Shown here: in pieces, positions 18,848-30,100 of the stretch | How the letters are laid out: each line of letters starts with the position of its first letter | How positions within the stretch are numbered: position 1 is the first letter of the stretch | Origin: Thermoproteota archaeon | GTDB lineage: Archaea > Korarchaeota > Korarchaeia > Korarchaeales > Korarchaeaceae | DNA: 64,000 bases | Assembly: GCA_026986575.1 (NCBI GenBank) | Contig: JALSOH010000009.1 | Coordinates: 128,001-192,000 of the forward strand | Reading direction: 5' to 3' | Notes under the pieces: model-generated | The model's input: only the letters and a program-made list of their open reading frames with translations | Told to the model about the DNA's origin: nothing | Databases searched by the model: none | Position numbers and translations under genes: made by a program

Positions 18848-19729
18848 TCACATGTTGAGCTTCCACAGGATACCGCTCTCGCTGGCCTCAGCCGAGACCT
18901 TGCCCTCCTCGTAGAGCCTAGCTAGGAGGGATCTTATAGTAACAGCGCTGAGAATGATCGAGCTCACCGTGACCTTGCCTCCCCCATCCTTCAGGAGCCT
19001 GGAGGTCAACTCTTCGACCGTCATGGGCCTAGAGGACAGCTCAGTCATGGCCTTGTCAGGAAGCTCCTCCATCACCTCTATGTTGAAGTCCAAGAGTTCT
19101 TCAGCTCTCTTGCCCTCCACCACGGGACCGTGGGAGGGGACGAGCTTTCGGAAATCCCTCGCATGTTCCCTCAACCAGCGGAGGGTCTCCAAGGCCGTTC
19201 CGTAGTCCTGATAGTAGGGGATAACCGCGCTCCTCAGCAGCTTGTCTCCGAAGAAGGAGTCAGCGGCGTAGAGGATGCGATTCGCTACATAACCTACTTG
19301 ACCGTAGGTGTGCCCTGGGAGCGGAACCGTCTCCACCGGCCCGAGCTGGAAGGGATGCCTGAAGACATGGTCCACCTGAACGCTGACGGCCTTCACATGG
19401 TATATCAGGCCCTCCGGCGCGTAGCCACCGAAGGTCACAGCCCTCCTCAGGCCCACCGACTCAACACCGCAGGCCTCCACTATCGGAGCGTGTATCCCCA
19501 ACTCGCTCTCCAATCCCCTTGCCGCGAGCACGTGATCCGAGTGGAAGTGCGTCAGGAGAACGGCCTTTATCTTCCCCTGAGCCCTTATATCAACAGCCCT
19601 ACTCTCTGAAGACCCCGGATCGATAACTATGAAGCCATCCTCCCATGGGACGAACATGGTGGAGGGGCTTCCGGGGAGTAATTTGATACCCTTTCCTATT
19701 CCCTTTAGCATAAGCCTCCAGCCCACCAC
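18848..19729 (-). CDS. MBL-fold metallo-hydrolase with C-terminal wHTH
   Basis: IDPG, THFHSDH, PGHT, AD and PSHG. Confidence 0.9.
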   Translation of the reverse strand: MVGWRLMLKGIGKGIKLLPGSPSTMFVPWEDGFIVIDPGSSESRAVDIRAQGKIKAVLLTHFHSDHVLAARGLESELGIHAPIVEACGVESVGLRRAVTFGGYAPEGLIYHVKAVSVQVDHVFRHPFQLGPVETVPLPGHTYGQVGYVANRILYAADSFFGDKLLRSAVIPYYQDYGTALETLRWLREHARDFRKLVPSHGPVVEGKRAEELLDFNIEVMEELPDKAMTELSSRPMTVEELTSRLLKDGGGKVTVSSIILSAVTIRSLLARLYEEGKVSAEASESGILWKLNM

Positions 19730-20083
19730 CCTAGCAAATTAATAACGGTATCAACGTAAACATCGGAAGACCCCTTCATCTAAGGATCCCATGGCTGGTA
19801 GAGCGTGGGACCAAAGGGGCTTCCTTAAAACCTCTACTGGCACGTGGAGGATGGATTTCGCAGTATTAGCCCCGAATTCAGGCTATTATAAGGGAATATT
19901 CCCCTCCCGATAGGCCCGGTGACTTTACGGGATCGTAATGTAGAATGGTCTCAATTGGGGATTGAATACAGCAGCCTATTATTCCCTTCATTCTCTAAGT
20001 AGTCCCGTCTAGGGTTACAAACGCCAAAAACTGAGCGCGGATGATGTACCTATATCTCCACCGGTATCCGAGGGACCAGCACA

Positions 20084-20112
20084 TTTAGGGCCTAAAGTTA
20101 TTAAGATCTTAA
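20084..20112. promoter_or_regulatory. two palindromes in the TA promoter (probable antitoxin operators)
   Basis: TTTAGG-G-CCTAAA (20084-20096) and perfect TTAAGATCTTAA (20101-20112), 16-45 nt upstream of the antitoxin ATG. Confidence 0.5.
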
Positions 20113-20128
20113 GTCCCATATCTTTTGG

Positions 20129-20407
20129 ATGGGATCCATTAAAGTGTATATCTCGGATCAGCTGGAGCGAAAATTTAGAGAGGTAGCGATGAAGCTCTTT
20201 GGCTATGGAAGGGGCTCCCTAAGCGTTGCATCGGAGAAAGCGTTCAGCCTTTGGCTCTCACATGCACCAGACATCTTGGAAATTTCAGAATCTATTGATG
20301 ATCCGGTGGATGCCATATATGGGATGCTCTCTCATGTGAGAAAGACGGGAGTCGAGCTTCAACATGAGGCGAGTAAAATCAGGGCCAGAAAGGCGTTGGA
20401 ATATTGA
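20129..20407 (+). CDS. ribbon-helix-helix-type antitoxin
   Basis: IKVYISDQLERKFRE..GRGSLS..; lies directly upstream of a PIN gene. Confidence 0.75.
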   Translation: MGSIKVYISDQLERKFREVAMKLFGYGRGSLSVASEKAFSLWLSHAPDILEISESIDDPVDAIYGMLSHVRKTGVELQHEASKIRARKALEY

Positions 20408-20408
20408 A

Positions 20409-20822
20409 GTGCTGATAGATGCCAACATATTCTTGGAAGTCGAGCTTGCTCAGGAGCATGCTGAGGCATGTAAGGGCTTTTTAGCGAGGGTTAGGGATGG
20501 TTTGGTCAGAGCGGCTATAACCGATTTTCACGTGGATTCCATAGTCTTGGTAATGGAGAACTATGGAAAGAGCTGGAGGGACCTCGCCGTTTTCTTAGCC
20601 TCGCTGTTTCTTTATAGAGGGTTGGTAATTTATCCTGTAGGGATGGGAGGACGCCTCAAGGCCATTCATTTCATGAGAGAATACGGTCTGGATTTCGATG
20701 ATGCACTGGCCCTACAGGCCATGAGGGATCTCTCGATTAGAACCTTAGTGTCCTACGATAGAGATTTCGACTCGGTCGACTGGGTTGAAAGGGTCACGCC
20801 TGAGAGTCTCGCGGAGGGGTAA
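20409..20822 (+). CDS. vapC: PIN-domain VapC toxin
   Basis: IDANIFLE, LDFDDA and SYDRDFD. Confidence 0.9.
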   Translation: MLIDANIFLEVELAQEHAEACKGFLARVRDGLVRAAITDFHVDSIVLVMENYGKSWRDLAVFLASLFLYRGLVIYPVGMGGRLKAIHFMREYGLDFDDALALQAMRDLSIRTLVSYDRDFDSVDWVERVTPESLAEG

Positions 20823-20863
20823 CTTCAACTCCTTTGGATTTGGTGCTGTGAAATCCCGAAACA

Positions 20864-21283
20864 TCAGAGCGCATTATCTTCGCTATCCTGAGCCCTCGAA
20901 GTGGATGATCTCAGGTCTAGGCCGAAACCGTCGTAAAGAATAGCGCTCCCTCTCAGCATCTCCCTGTAGTAGGGGTCTTCGATCTCCTCGGGTGAGAGGA
21001 CAAGGAGATCCATCGATATGCCTCGAGGTTTAAGCGATCTCACCTCGACAATCCACCCATACCTGTCACCCCCGATGTCCATCACAACTAGGAGATCGTA
21101 ATAGCTATCTGACCTTCCCTCGCCCCTCCCCCTCGACCCGAAAAGTATTATCGTGGACCTGGGGAAACGCCTCGCTATCCTCCCAACGAACTCCTCCAAG
21201 AGTTCATTCTGCCTCGAGAGGAGATCTTTTCTAGCCTTCAGCAGCCTTCTTAGCCCATGAAATGATTTTTTCACCATGGGCAA
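20864..21283 (-). CDS. MNT nucleotidyltransferase (first Asp of DxD replaced by Tyr; possibly inactive)
   Basis: LFGSRGRG..RSDSYYDLLVV versus canonical SDYDLLVV. Confidence 0.7.
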   Translation of the reverse strand: MPMVKKSFHGLRRLLKARKDLLSRQNELLEEFVGRIARRFPRSTIILFGSRGRGEGRSDSYYDLLVVMDIGGDRYGWIVEVRSLKPRGISMDLLVLSPEEIEDPYYREMLRGSAILYDGFGLDLRSSTSRAQDSEDNAL

Positions 21284-21600
21284 GGCTCCTCTCTGCCTTT
21301 TCTTTGTCGTACGCGATGGGAGATCTACCCAGACATCTGGAGAGGGGTTAGGGCATCAGCCAGCGGGTAGAGCTCCTCCGGCGCGTCGAGACCAGCTTCC
21401 CTCAGGAACTCCAACAGCTCGACTAAATCATGTGTGTAGGGGTGAATCCCCACTAAGGAGATAGACAGGGCCTTTAGGTAAAACTCCACCGCTTGATGTA
21501 CCTCAAAGCACACGAACCAGTACGCTCCCTCCTCAATGTTTCTCCTAGCCTGCCTCATCAGGAAGTCCGCCCTCTCGATCCACTCTCTAGGTAATTCCAT
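21231..21600 (-). pseudogene. frameshifted HEPN-domain gene
   Basis: HQAVEFYLKA..THDLVEL..LTP is followed by a frameshift; the C-terminus YDKEKAERSLAHGEKIISWAKK continues in another frame to TAG at 21231. Confidence 0.75.
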
Positions 21601-21748
21601 CTCCGTAGCATATCTCCTTCCTAGAATTAAAAGGAGATCGCACAATGAGGTTCTATGTTCGGTTCATGTGGGAGCGGACTCGCTTAAGGCTAACAGGCAA
21701 GAATTGTTATAGGGTCTGGACAGCAGCTCAGACCTTTAGCTATGTAGT

Positions 21749-22012
21749 TTACTGAATGAATGTCGTCGGAAGAGCCGATATGCCCTCATATCGGATCTCT
21801 TGAGGGTCGCAGAGTATATAGGTGGTCCCATGAATGGATGAGTTAGATATCTGCCCCCGTACATGAGATCTGAATTCAAACTTCGATGCCAGCGGGAGAG
21901 ATAATGTAAGGGGTGCTGGGTTGGGGGAAACCCAACCAATATACCCTTGAATCGCCCGAGGCACCAAGGCATGGAGGGCATATGGCGAATTCACCTTCAG
22001 GAGGATTCTCAT
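21749..22012 (-). CDS. hypothetical protein or gene remnant
   Basis: ATG lies 3 nt after the EamA stop; no motif recognised. Confidence 0.25.
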   Translation of the reverse strand: MRILLKVNSPYALHALVPRAIQGYIGWVSPNPAPLTLSLPLASKFEFRSHVRGQISNSSIHGTTYILCDPQEIRYEGISALPTTFIQ

Positions 22013-22015
22013 CCC

Positions 22016-22834
22016 CTACATGACCGACAGGATGAGCCCTCCAACCACCAAAGTCGATCCCACTACATCCCTCGTGGTAAGCTTGTCACCGCTCAGGTGG
22101 GAGGCTATCTGGGATGTTGGTGGTCCTAACGCCGTGGCCAGGGTGGCGATCGTTACTCCAGCCGAGCCTAACGCGTAGAAGTAGAGGGAGAGGGCCACTC
22201 CAACTCCAAGCAAGCCGCCCACGAATGCCTTCCCTATCCCCTTAACCCTGTAAACGGGATAGCTGAGCACCCCATAGACCGAGGTGATGATTAGAGTGTT
22301 CCACAGGGTCATGGTCAGGGGAGTGACGTATTCAAGGGCCAGTTTCGCCGCTATTGGGCCCAAAGTGTAGCAGATGGATGAGAGGAGGGCCCAGAAGGTG
22401 CCCACGATATCCCACCTTCCTCCCCTGTAGGTGAGGATCCATATGCCCGAAACGGCCAGGAGCACGCCCGTCATTATTTGCACGGTTAGGGGTTCCCCCA
22501 GCAGTGCGTGCGACAGGAGAGCCGTCCAGACGACGTATGTGAACGCCACCGAGGTGGCCCTACCTGGCCCCATCAGCCCTATGGACTTGAGAAAGGAGTA
22601 GTCCCCTAGACCAGTCCCCAGCGACATGTTGGCGATTATGTAGAGGAGGCCTATAAGGGGGGGCACCACCATGTCTCCCGTTAAGGCCGTGAGGGGGATG
22701 AGGAAGGCTAGAGCACCTAAGGACTTCCAGAAGTTGGCCCTCGCTGATCCTCCGCTCCTCGTGGCCTCAGCGTAGAGGGTGGGCACTACTCCCCATATGA
22801 CGCCCGACAGCACGGCGGCGAGAAGAGCTATCAA
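22016..22834 (-). CDS. DMT/EamA family transporter
   Basis: About 10 TM helices in two repeats; A.IWG and LLGE.L...G..L...G. Confidence 0.85.
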   Translation of the reverse strand: MIALLAAVLSGVIWGVVPTLYAEATRSGGSARANFWKSLGALAFLIPLTALTGDMVVPPLIGLLYIIANMSLGTGLGDYSFLKSIGLMGPGRATSVAFTYVVWTALLSHALLGEPLTVQIMTGVLLAVSGIWILTYRGGRWDIVGTFWALLSSICYTLGPIAAKLALEYVTPLTMTLWNTLIITSVYGVLSYPVYRVKGIGKAFVGGLLGVGVALSLYFYALGSAGVTIATLATALGPPTSQIASHLSGDKLTTRDVVGSTLVVGGLILSVM

Positions 22835-22881
22835 AGGGAACCCCCTGACCGATCGGCCTTGCTACTTAAGAGCCTTCCCGT

Positions 22882-23784
22882 TCACCCCCAGCTCAGTGCC
22901 GTCAACCACGCGCCCAGATATATGGGAGAGAACAGTGAGGTTATTAGGATCAGCGAGTATATCTCCTCCCTGCGAAAATCGTAAACATCGCTAAGGACGG
23001 CCAGGGCGACAGCGACAGGCATAGCTGACATGAGCGTGGTGATCGACACCTCCAACTGACTGAGGCTCAGCAGATGCCCCACACCTAGGGCGATTAAGGG
23101 GAGCAGGAGGACCTTCCCTAACAAGGGAGTCAGGTCAAGCACGGGCCATCCCCTTCCGTAGAAGAAAGCGCCGAGCATGAATATGGCAACCGGTCCCGAT
23201 GTGTTTCCCAGCTCCTTAAGGGTGTAGGAGATGAACTCCGGTACCTTCACGCCTGATACCATGAGGAGAAGTCCGATCAGAGCTGACCATATCAGCGGAT
23301 TCCTCACAATCCTCCTCAGTAGATCACCTCCCTCCCTAGCCGCCTCGAAGAGGGGAATGACAAGGAAGGTGAAGGTGACGAGAGTGGAGGCCCACGCAAG
23401 GACTGCTGGACTTGTGCTCCCCGGGAACACCGCCCTCACATAGGGTATCCCATAGAAACCGGTGTTTCCAGATATGGAGGCAGCGATGAGCAGGATGACG
23501 CGCTCCTTTCCCAATCCCATCGCTTTTCCCACTAGGTAAATGAGGGTCGCGACCAGCAACATGGGCGCAGAAACGCCTATGACCATTCTCAGGACTCTTT
23601 CGCTCATTTCCATTGAGGAGAGTCCCCAGATGACTAGGGAGGGTAGCGATACGTGGAAGACGAAGTCGCTCAACACCCTTTCCTCGCCCTCTCTCAGGAC
23701 CCCGTACTTCCTTGACAGGTATCCTAAGGCCATCAGCGACAGCAGAAAGAAGGTGGACCTGGAGAGAGCGCTTACTAGATCCAT
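22882..23784 (-). CDS. AEC (auxin efflux carrier/malate permease) family transporter
   Basis: VF.VSLPSL, GNTGFYGIP, RNPLI and AMPVA. Confidence 0.9.
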   Translation of the reverse strand: MDLVSALSRSTFFLLSLMALGYLSRKYGVLREGEERVLSDFVFHVSLPSLVIWGLSSMEMSERVLRMVIGVSAPMLLVATLIYLVGKAMGLGKERVILLIAASISGNTGFYGIPYVRAVFPGSTSPAVLAWASTLVTFTFLVIPLFEAAREGGDLLRRIVRNPLIWSALIGLLLMVSGVKVPEFISYTLKELGNTSGPVAIFMLGAFFYGRGWPVLDLTPLLGKVLLLPLIALGVGHLLSLSQLEVSITTLMSAMPVAVALAVLSDVYDFRREEIYSLILITSLFSPIYLGAWLTALSWG

Positions 23785-23886
23785 CGAGGTGTCTCGGGGC
23801 CCTTCCATATAAGGTCTCCACGTGGGTTGTGCCAGCGTACCCACCAAGGCATTTATTATTCACTAGGTCGGGAGGCCGGTGATGGG

Positions 23887-25149
23887 ATGCCCAGCTCTAG
23901 GATACCTGGATTCTATAAGCTTACGATAGACGAGAGGCTCCGGAAGGTCAAGGAGTTTGCGGGCCTGACGGATGAGGAGCTCGAGGTCATAAAGTACGGG
24001 AAGCTGCCTCTCGAAGTTGCCGATCAAATGATCGAGAACGTCATTGGCCTCTGGCCCCTGCCTTTCGCCGTCGCCACGAACTTCCTGATAAACGGAAGGG
24101 ATTACCTGGTGCCGATGGCCATAGAGGAGCCCTCAGTCGTTGCGGCAGCTAGTAACGCGGCCAAGATGGCTAGGGAATCGGGAGGCTTCGAGGCCGAGGC
24201 TACTGAGTCCATCATGATATCCCAGATCCAGGTGGTGAAGATTCCCGACTTGGAGGAGGCCAAGAGGACCATAATGGCCGAGAAGGAGAAGCTACTGGAG
24301 CTGGCCAATGAGATGGATCCCCTCCTCGTGAAGTTGGGGGGCGGTGCTAGGGACTTGGAGGTGAGGACCATTGACACCGACGTCGGATCGATGCTTATCG
24401 TTCACCTCTACGTGGACACGCTGGACGCCATGGGCGCGAACACCGTTAACACCATGGCCGAGGGCCTGGCGCCAACGATCGAGAGACTAACTGGCGGCAA
24501 GGTCTACCTGAGGATCCTCTCCAACCTCGCTGACAGGCGTCTGGCTAGAGCGAAGGCCAGGTTCGCCAAGTCGGCGATAGGAGGGGAGGAGGTGGTAGAG
24601 GGGATAATGTGGGCCTATCGCTTCGCCAAGTACGATCCTTACAGGGCCGCGACCCACAACAAGGGGATAATGAACGGGATAATAGCGGTAGCGAGGGCGA
24701 CGGGTCAAGACACTCGGGCCATAGAGGCAGGGGCCCACAGCTACGCTGCCAAGAGTGGGAAGTACACCTCACTGACGGAGTACTGGGTGGACGAGAACGG
24801 TGACCTTTGGGGGAGCATCGAGCTTCCCCTTGCCGTGGGAACCGTTGGAGGCGTGGTCAGGGTCCATCCCATAGCTAAGCTGGCCCTCAAGATACTGGGC
24901 GTGCAGAAGGCTAGGGAGCTGGCGCGGGTAATGGCTGCGGTCGGCCTCGCACAGAACTTCGCCGCTCTAAGGGCTCTGGCAACTGAGGGTATTCAGGCCG
25001 GCCACATGAAGCTCCACGCCCGCAACATAGCCCTCGCTGCCGGCGCCACCCCGGAGGAGGTTGATAGGGTCGTTGAGAAGATGATAAGGGAGAAGAGGAT
25101 AAGCTTGGAGAGGGCGAAGGAGATACTGGAGGAGATAAGGGGTGGCTGA
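23887..25149 (+). CDS. mvaA: class II (degradative-type) HMG-CoA reductase
   Basis: SRIPGFYKL, ENVIG, EEPSVVAA, DAMGAN, THNKGIMNG, GTVGG and GIQAGHMKLH. Confidence 0.95.
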   Translation: MPSSRIPGFYKLTIDERLRKVKEFAGLTDEELEVIKYGKLPLEVADQMIENVIGLWPLPFAVATNFLINGRDYLVPMAIEEPSVVAAASNAAKMARESGGFEAEATESIMISQIQVVKIPDLEEAKRTIMAEKEKLLELANEMDPLLVKLGGGARDLEVRTIDTDVGSMLIVHLYVDTLDAMGANTVNTMAEGLAPTIERLTGGKVYLRILSNLADRRLARAKARFAKSAIGGEEVVEGIMWAYRFAKYDPYRAATHNKGIMNGIIAVARATGQDTRAIEAGAHSYAAKSGKYTSLTEYWVDENGDLWGSIELPLAVGTVGGVVRVHPIAKLALKILGVQKARELARVMAAVGLAQNFAALRALATEGIQAGHMKLHARNIALAAGATPEEVDRVVEKMIREKRISLERAKEILEEIRGG

Positions 25150-26239
25150 GGGTATAGACCTATACCTCGTGGAAATGGAACTCGTCTCCCCCTTCGAGAT
25201 AAGTTCTGGAGTGACGAAGAGGAGGCAGGCGGTTATTGTCAGGGTGGAGAAAGACGGGCATGTCGGCTGGGGAGAGGCTCCAGCTGACTCCAAGCCCATT
25301 TACTCCTATGAGACCGCTGAAACCGCCTTCTATGTGATTAAGGAGTTCCTAGCGGAGCACGCCCTGCAAGCCGCAGGTCCCGAAGACTTCCTCAGGAGGG
25401 TGAGCTTCGTCAGGGGTCATCAAATAGCTAAGGCCGGAGTTGAGATGGCCCTCTGGGATCTTGAGGCGAAGAAGAAAGGTCTTCCCCTATGGAAGATGCT
25501 TGGGGGCGTGAGGGAGGAGATAGAGAGCGGCGTGAGCGTTGGGATACAGCACACGATCAGGGATCTGCTCAAGGTAGTGGGCTCCTACTTGGAGAGGGGT
25601 TACAGGAGGGTCAAACTGAAGATCAAGCCGGGCTGGGATGTGAATGTCATTAAAGCGGTGAGAGAGGCTTATCCTGACCTCTTATTGCAGGTGGACGCCA
25701 ACGCAGCCTACAGACTCAACGACTGGTACCATCTGAAGAAGCTGGACGCCTACGACCTCCTGATGCTGGAGCAACCCCTCGATTACGACGACCTAGTTGA
25801 TCACGCCGAACTGGCGAAAATGCTCAGGACACCCATCTGCCTCGACGAATCCATAAAGAAGCCGGAGGACGCCTACAGGGCCTTCAGGCTGAGGAGCTGC
25901 TCCATCATAAACATAAAACCAGCTAGGGTCGGGGGCTTGGTGAACGCCAAGAAGATACACGACTTCTGTGACTCAGTCGGTATGCCAGTCTGGATTGGGG
26001 GTATGCTCGAGACGGGAATAGGCAGGGGACACCAGGTGGCCGCGGCCACGCTACCCAATGTCAGGTTCCCTAACGATATATCGGCCAGCGACCGTTATTA
26101 CGAGGAGGATATAGTGGAACCTCCTTGGAAGCTGACCGCTAGGGGGACGCTGAGGGCTCCGGACAGGCCGGGTATAGGGGTAGAGGTGTTGGAGGAGAGG
26201 CTGGAGAGGCTCACATTAAAGTCGGTACATATCGCTTGA
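25142..26239 (+). CDS. menC: o-succinylbenzoate synthase/N-acylamino acid racemase (NSAR/OSBS, enolase superfamily)
   Basis: Y..ET, KLKIKPG, DAN, EQP, DES, NIKPARVGG, GGMLETG and DISAS.RYY. Confidence 0.85.
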   Translation: MAEGIDLYLVEMELVSPFEISSGVTKRRQAVIVRVEKDGHVGWGEAPADSKPIYSYETAETAFYVIKEFLAEHALQAAGPEDFLRRVSFVRGHQIAKAGVEMALWDLEAKKKGLPLWKMLGGVREEIESGVSVGIQHTIRDLLKVVGSYLERGYRRVKLKIKPGWDVNVIKAVREAYPDLLLQVDANAAYRLNDWYHLKKLDAYDLLMLEQPLDYDDLVDHAELAKMLRTPICLDESIKKPEDAYRAFRLRSCSIINIKPARVGGLVNAKKIHDFCDSVGMPVWIGGMLETGIGRGHQVAAATLPNVRFPNDISASDRYYEEDIVEPPWKLTARGTLRAPDRPGIGVEVLEERLERLTLKSVHIA

Positions 26240-26407
26240 GCATGACTAACTGTTGAGGTCAAGGATACCCTTCACATTATTTTATCGATAAGAGAGACAG
26301 AAGATCCTTTGAGGTTTTTGAAACATCGATGGCGCTCGTAGCTGGGGAAAACAGGGTCTCATCCGTTCGGTGGGAAACCTTTTTTCTGTCCGCCCCTTGG
26401 AGTCTAG

Positions 26408-26743
26408 ATGGCCCTGCTCCACCTCGATAAAATCTTGGAAATTATAAGTAAGTTCTTGGAAGAGGATGAGGGCTCGGTAGCCGCATACCTATTCGGCAGC
26501 TTCGCTAGGGGAGACTTCGCGGAGGAGAGCGATGTCGATGTACTCGTGATAAGTGAAAGGACAAAGGAGACTAGGAGGAAACTGTACGACCTCTCTTGGA
26601 ATATTCAGCTGGCTTACGGGGTACCCGTGTCCTTCGTGGTTATATCGGAGGAGAGGTGGAGAAGGGGTCTGACTCCGCTTAAGAGAGTAGTTCTGGAGGA
26701 AGGTGTGCTCATATGGGAGAGGGGAAAGAGAGGGAGGAAATAG
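26408..26743 (+). CDS. MNT nucleotidyltransferase
   Basis: LFGSFARGDFAEESDVDVLV. Confidence 0.9.
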   Translation: MALLHLDKILEIISKFLEEDEGSVAAYLFGSFARGDFAEESDVDVLVISERTKETRRKLYDLSWNIQLAYGVPVSFVVISEERWRRGLTPLKRVVLEEGVLIWERGKRGRK

Positions 26744-27132
26744 CCAAGGCCTATCTCGAGAAAGCTAGGGAGCACCTGAAGGCCGCGCGCATTTCATTGG
26801 AGCATGGCCTGTTCAGAGATGCCATAAGCGGGGCTTACTACTCGGTGTACTCTGCAGCCTACTCAGTGCTCTATCTCTTGGGCAAGACCCCTAAGACTCA
26901 CGCAGGCTTAAGGACATCCTTTGGCCTCTTGGTGAGGGAGGGTATTGTTGAGGTGGATTATGGTAAGATAATTTCAAAACTGTACGAGATGAGGGAGACG
27001 AGTGATTACGATCCGATCTCATTTTACGGAGAGGAGGAAGCGGAACAGGCGGTATCGGATGCCGAGAGATTCCTGTTGAGGATGGAGGAGCTCTTTGAAG
27101 AGATTAGGGGGAAGTTGGATCGAGGAGCGTGA
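26713..27132 (+). CDS. HEPN-domain protein
   Basis: AYYS.Y.AA, KTHAG and R.TSDY. Confidence 0.9.
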   Translation: MGEGKEREEIAKAYLEKAREHLKAARISLEHGLFRDAISGAYYSVYSAAYSVLYLLGKTPKTHAGLRTSFGLLVREGIVEVDYGKIISKLYEMRETSDYDPISFYGEEEAEQAVSDAERFLLRMEELFEEIRGKLDRGA

Positions 27133-27157
27133 TCACCCGAGCATATGGAGACACGCC

Positions 27158-30100
27158 TCAGGGACCCTCCTCCCAGCCAGCGAGTCTCCTCCTGAGTAAG
27201 GCTCTCCCGATGAGCAGGATTGCAGCCACAGGTAGCGCCAGGAGTAGATCGCCTAACTCATTATATACGGAACGAGGGAGGCTGACTGACAGCGAAGGAG
27301 TGAAAACATAGGCTACATCTCCCATCAACACCTTTACCTGGATCGATTTCAGCTCGGGGCTCGATATATCTGTCGAGAACCGACCCAACCTGTGATAATC
27401 CCTGATTTGGACCGAGCCGTTGGCCCTTAATAGGAAGGGGGTCCTGAACATTACCAGGGATCCATCTGGGAGGGGAGTTCCGTTCAGCTCCGCCCCTTTG
27501 ACCTCCACAATCACGTAGAATCCAAGCCCTCCCCTCATCCTGGCCGCTCGGGCGTTGAGGGTCGAGCGCTCCCTAGCCAGATACCTCCTCTCCCCCTCCA
27601 CATCGCCCTTCCTCTCTACCCAGACTGCCCTACCCTCTATGAGCACGGATCCGCTGGCCTTAATGCCTCTTGCAGTTCCGACGTCGGTCGGTAATCCGCA
27701 TCTTCCCGGCCGCCACGAGTTGACTACCCTCTGGACCTCGGACCTCGTCTCGATTAAGAGCTCGGAATCCACTTGGCCCTTCCGGTAATAGGAGTCCAGC
27801 AGAGCGCTGAGATCCACATCACCTCCCGGCACGACGCTCAGGACCACATCCCCCCTCCTAGGCCCCTCAACCCGATGCGTTCCCCTCACCCACCCAGTGA
27901 GGTTCCCGAAGAACCCCACGGTGTGCAATCCCACCACCCCACCCTTTCCATCCACAGGGAACTCACGGCCGTTCACAACCAGCGATGCACCCTCGGGACC
28001 CACCCTGAGCACGATCCTGTAGCACCGGGACCGGGGTACCGGTCCATCGTCCTCGGTCCCGAAAACGGTTCCCCTGATCAGATCGATCCCGGCCTCCCTG
28101 TACCTCCTGGGTCCCTCATACTCGAAGATCACGGCTACACTACCATTATTCTTCTCAGGGCAGGCCTCTAGCGTGAATTCTCCCTCCTCCAACTCGAATC
28201 TGGTCACAGCCACTCCCTCGTCTCCCACCACCCTCAGCCCCCTGAGGAAGGGTCCCCTCACGTATATCCACCTCACATCCTTAGGATCGACCGGAAGGGT
28301 CTCGTTTACCTCAATAAGGGATGTGGGAGAGCCTAGGTAGATCCCTCTGGGAGCGAAGGGATCGTCCCTGAGGTAGGTGGTGTGAGGGGGCAGGGCTTCC
28401 CCTATCAGGCGGTAAGCGTCGAGTGCCCTCTCCCTCAGGTAGGTGTCGGAGGGCAATATGACAGCTATGGAGGAATTGGGGTCGATGCACGAGGTCCTAA
28501 TGTGAGAGATGGATGGGACTTCCTTCCAATATCCCCCCATATAGGATCTGGATGCGTTCATTCCCCAGAGGAGGGCCTCGTCGTAGATGGTAGCTAGGAC
28601 ATCTACTTCCTCGAAGGGGTCCAGTGAGGCCATGACTAACTCCGGGCCCCGCGCCACCCAAGGTGGTATGGACCTTATCCATCTGACCGGCGGCCCGTAC
28701 GCGGCAACCCACACCGAGTTATAGGAGAAAAGGAGAAGGGGCTCGCTCACATTCGAGTCGGACATGAATCGAACATCTAGGGGATTCAGGACGTTTCCTG
28801 CAGTATCAGCGATCTGCGCCCACCTGGCAGCTGACAGGGAGGTGGACAGGATGCTCGTGAGGAGAATTACCGCGAGCACCCTCCTTCTTACTTTCATCCT
28901 GGCGATCTGGTATCCTGCAGCTGCAGATACTCCCAGGAAGGCGTAGAGGACGAATCTGTACTCCCAGTACGGAATGCTCCCTACCCAGAGCTTGTATATA
29001 GTGATCAGCTTACCCATGACGATGCTGGATAGGGCTAAGACCAGGAAAGCCCGTCTCTCCCTCAGATCGGAGAGCAGGACTAGGAAACCAGGCACTCCCA
29101 GCAGGACCGGATAGAGGATCCATGGGAACTGCCCCAGCCCTTGGATCCGATGGATGTTCAGGCTATCCATCCTGTAGATCCAGATCAAGATCCCCGAAAG
29201 ATAGAGAGAGGCTAGAATAGGCCTGATTGAGGGCCACACTCCAGAGAATTGGATTCTGAAACCCGTCCCGAGAGCCAGCAAGGCCAGAAGGCCGAATGCG
29301 AGCATGGCTAGGGAAGGGAGGATTAAACCCATGCTAGTTCCCCACACGAAGTGAAGAATTATGACCGTTAACGGAACCAGTACTACAGATACGGGAACCC
29401 TTTTTCCTCCAATAGCCCTGAAGAGAACGTAGATTGAGAAGAGAACCGCCTCTACGACATGAAGCAGGAAAAGGAAGAGTAATGTAACGTAGATTGGGAA
29501 TTCAGGGTGTTCCAGGCCCTCATGCAGGTAGATCAGGAGGGACAAGATGCCAATTGACAGGGTCAGGGGAAATCCCCATAGGAACTGAGGGAAGCCCCAT
29601 GTGAGGGAGCGATAGGTGACCCCCTCTACCTCCTCTAATGCGGTCATATCAGCCCCATATTTGATCCAAGCTATCCAGGAGAGTCCCGAGAAAGCGGTCC
29701 AAGTAACGAAGGAGATCTCTCTCCCTTTCAACTTGGAGAAGGATTTGTGTACTAGGAGCAGGGCGATCAGGTTGAGGGACCAAGAGGTCCTTACCAGCTC
29801 GAGGGGCGATGATCCTCCCATCTCATAAGTAAAAGCGAGGATTGAGTGATATCCCACGTAATACCAATCACTATAGGCGTGAAAATTGTCAGCTAGCATA
29901 CGAGCCCAGTACTGGTGGAGTATCGGATCGTAGGTGATGAAGTAGGGCAGGAAGCGAAATACTAGGGTTAACTCCGAGAGGAGAAGTAGGGATGACGGTA
30001 TTAGCAACAACGAATAGCTGCTCACCTCCAAGGACTCGCCCTTTACATCACCTCTCATCCTCAAGAAGATGAATCCAACCGCTGAGGAGATGAGGGACAG

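Noticed and set aside
21231-21360. programmed frameshift in the HEPN gene
   Set aside because: No slippery run is evident, conserved residues are missing at the junction and the partner MNT is also mutated, so decay is more likely.
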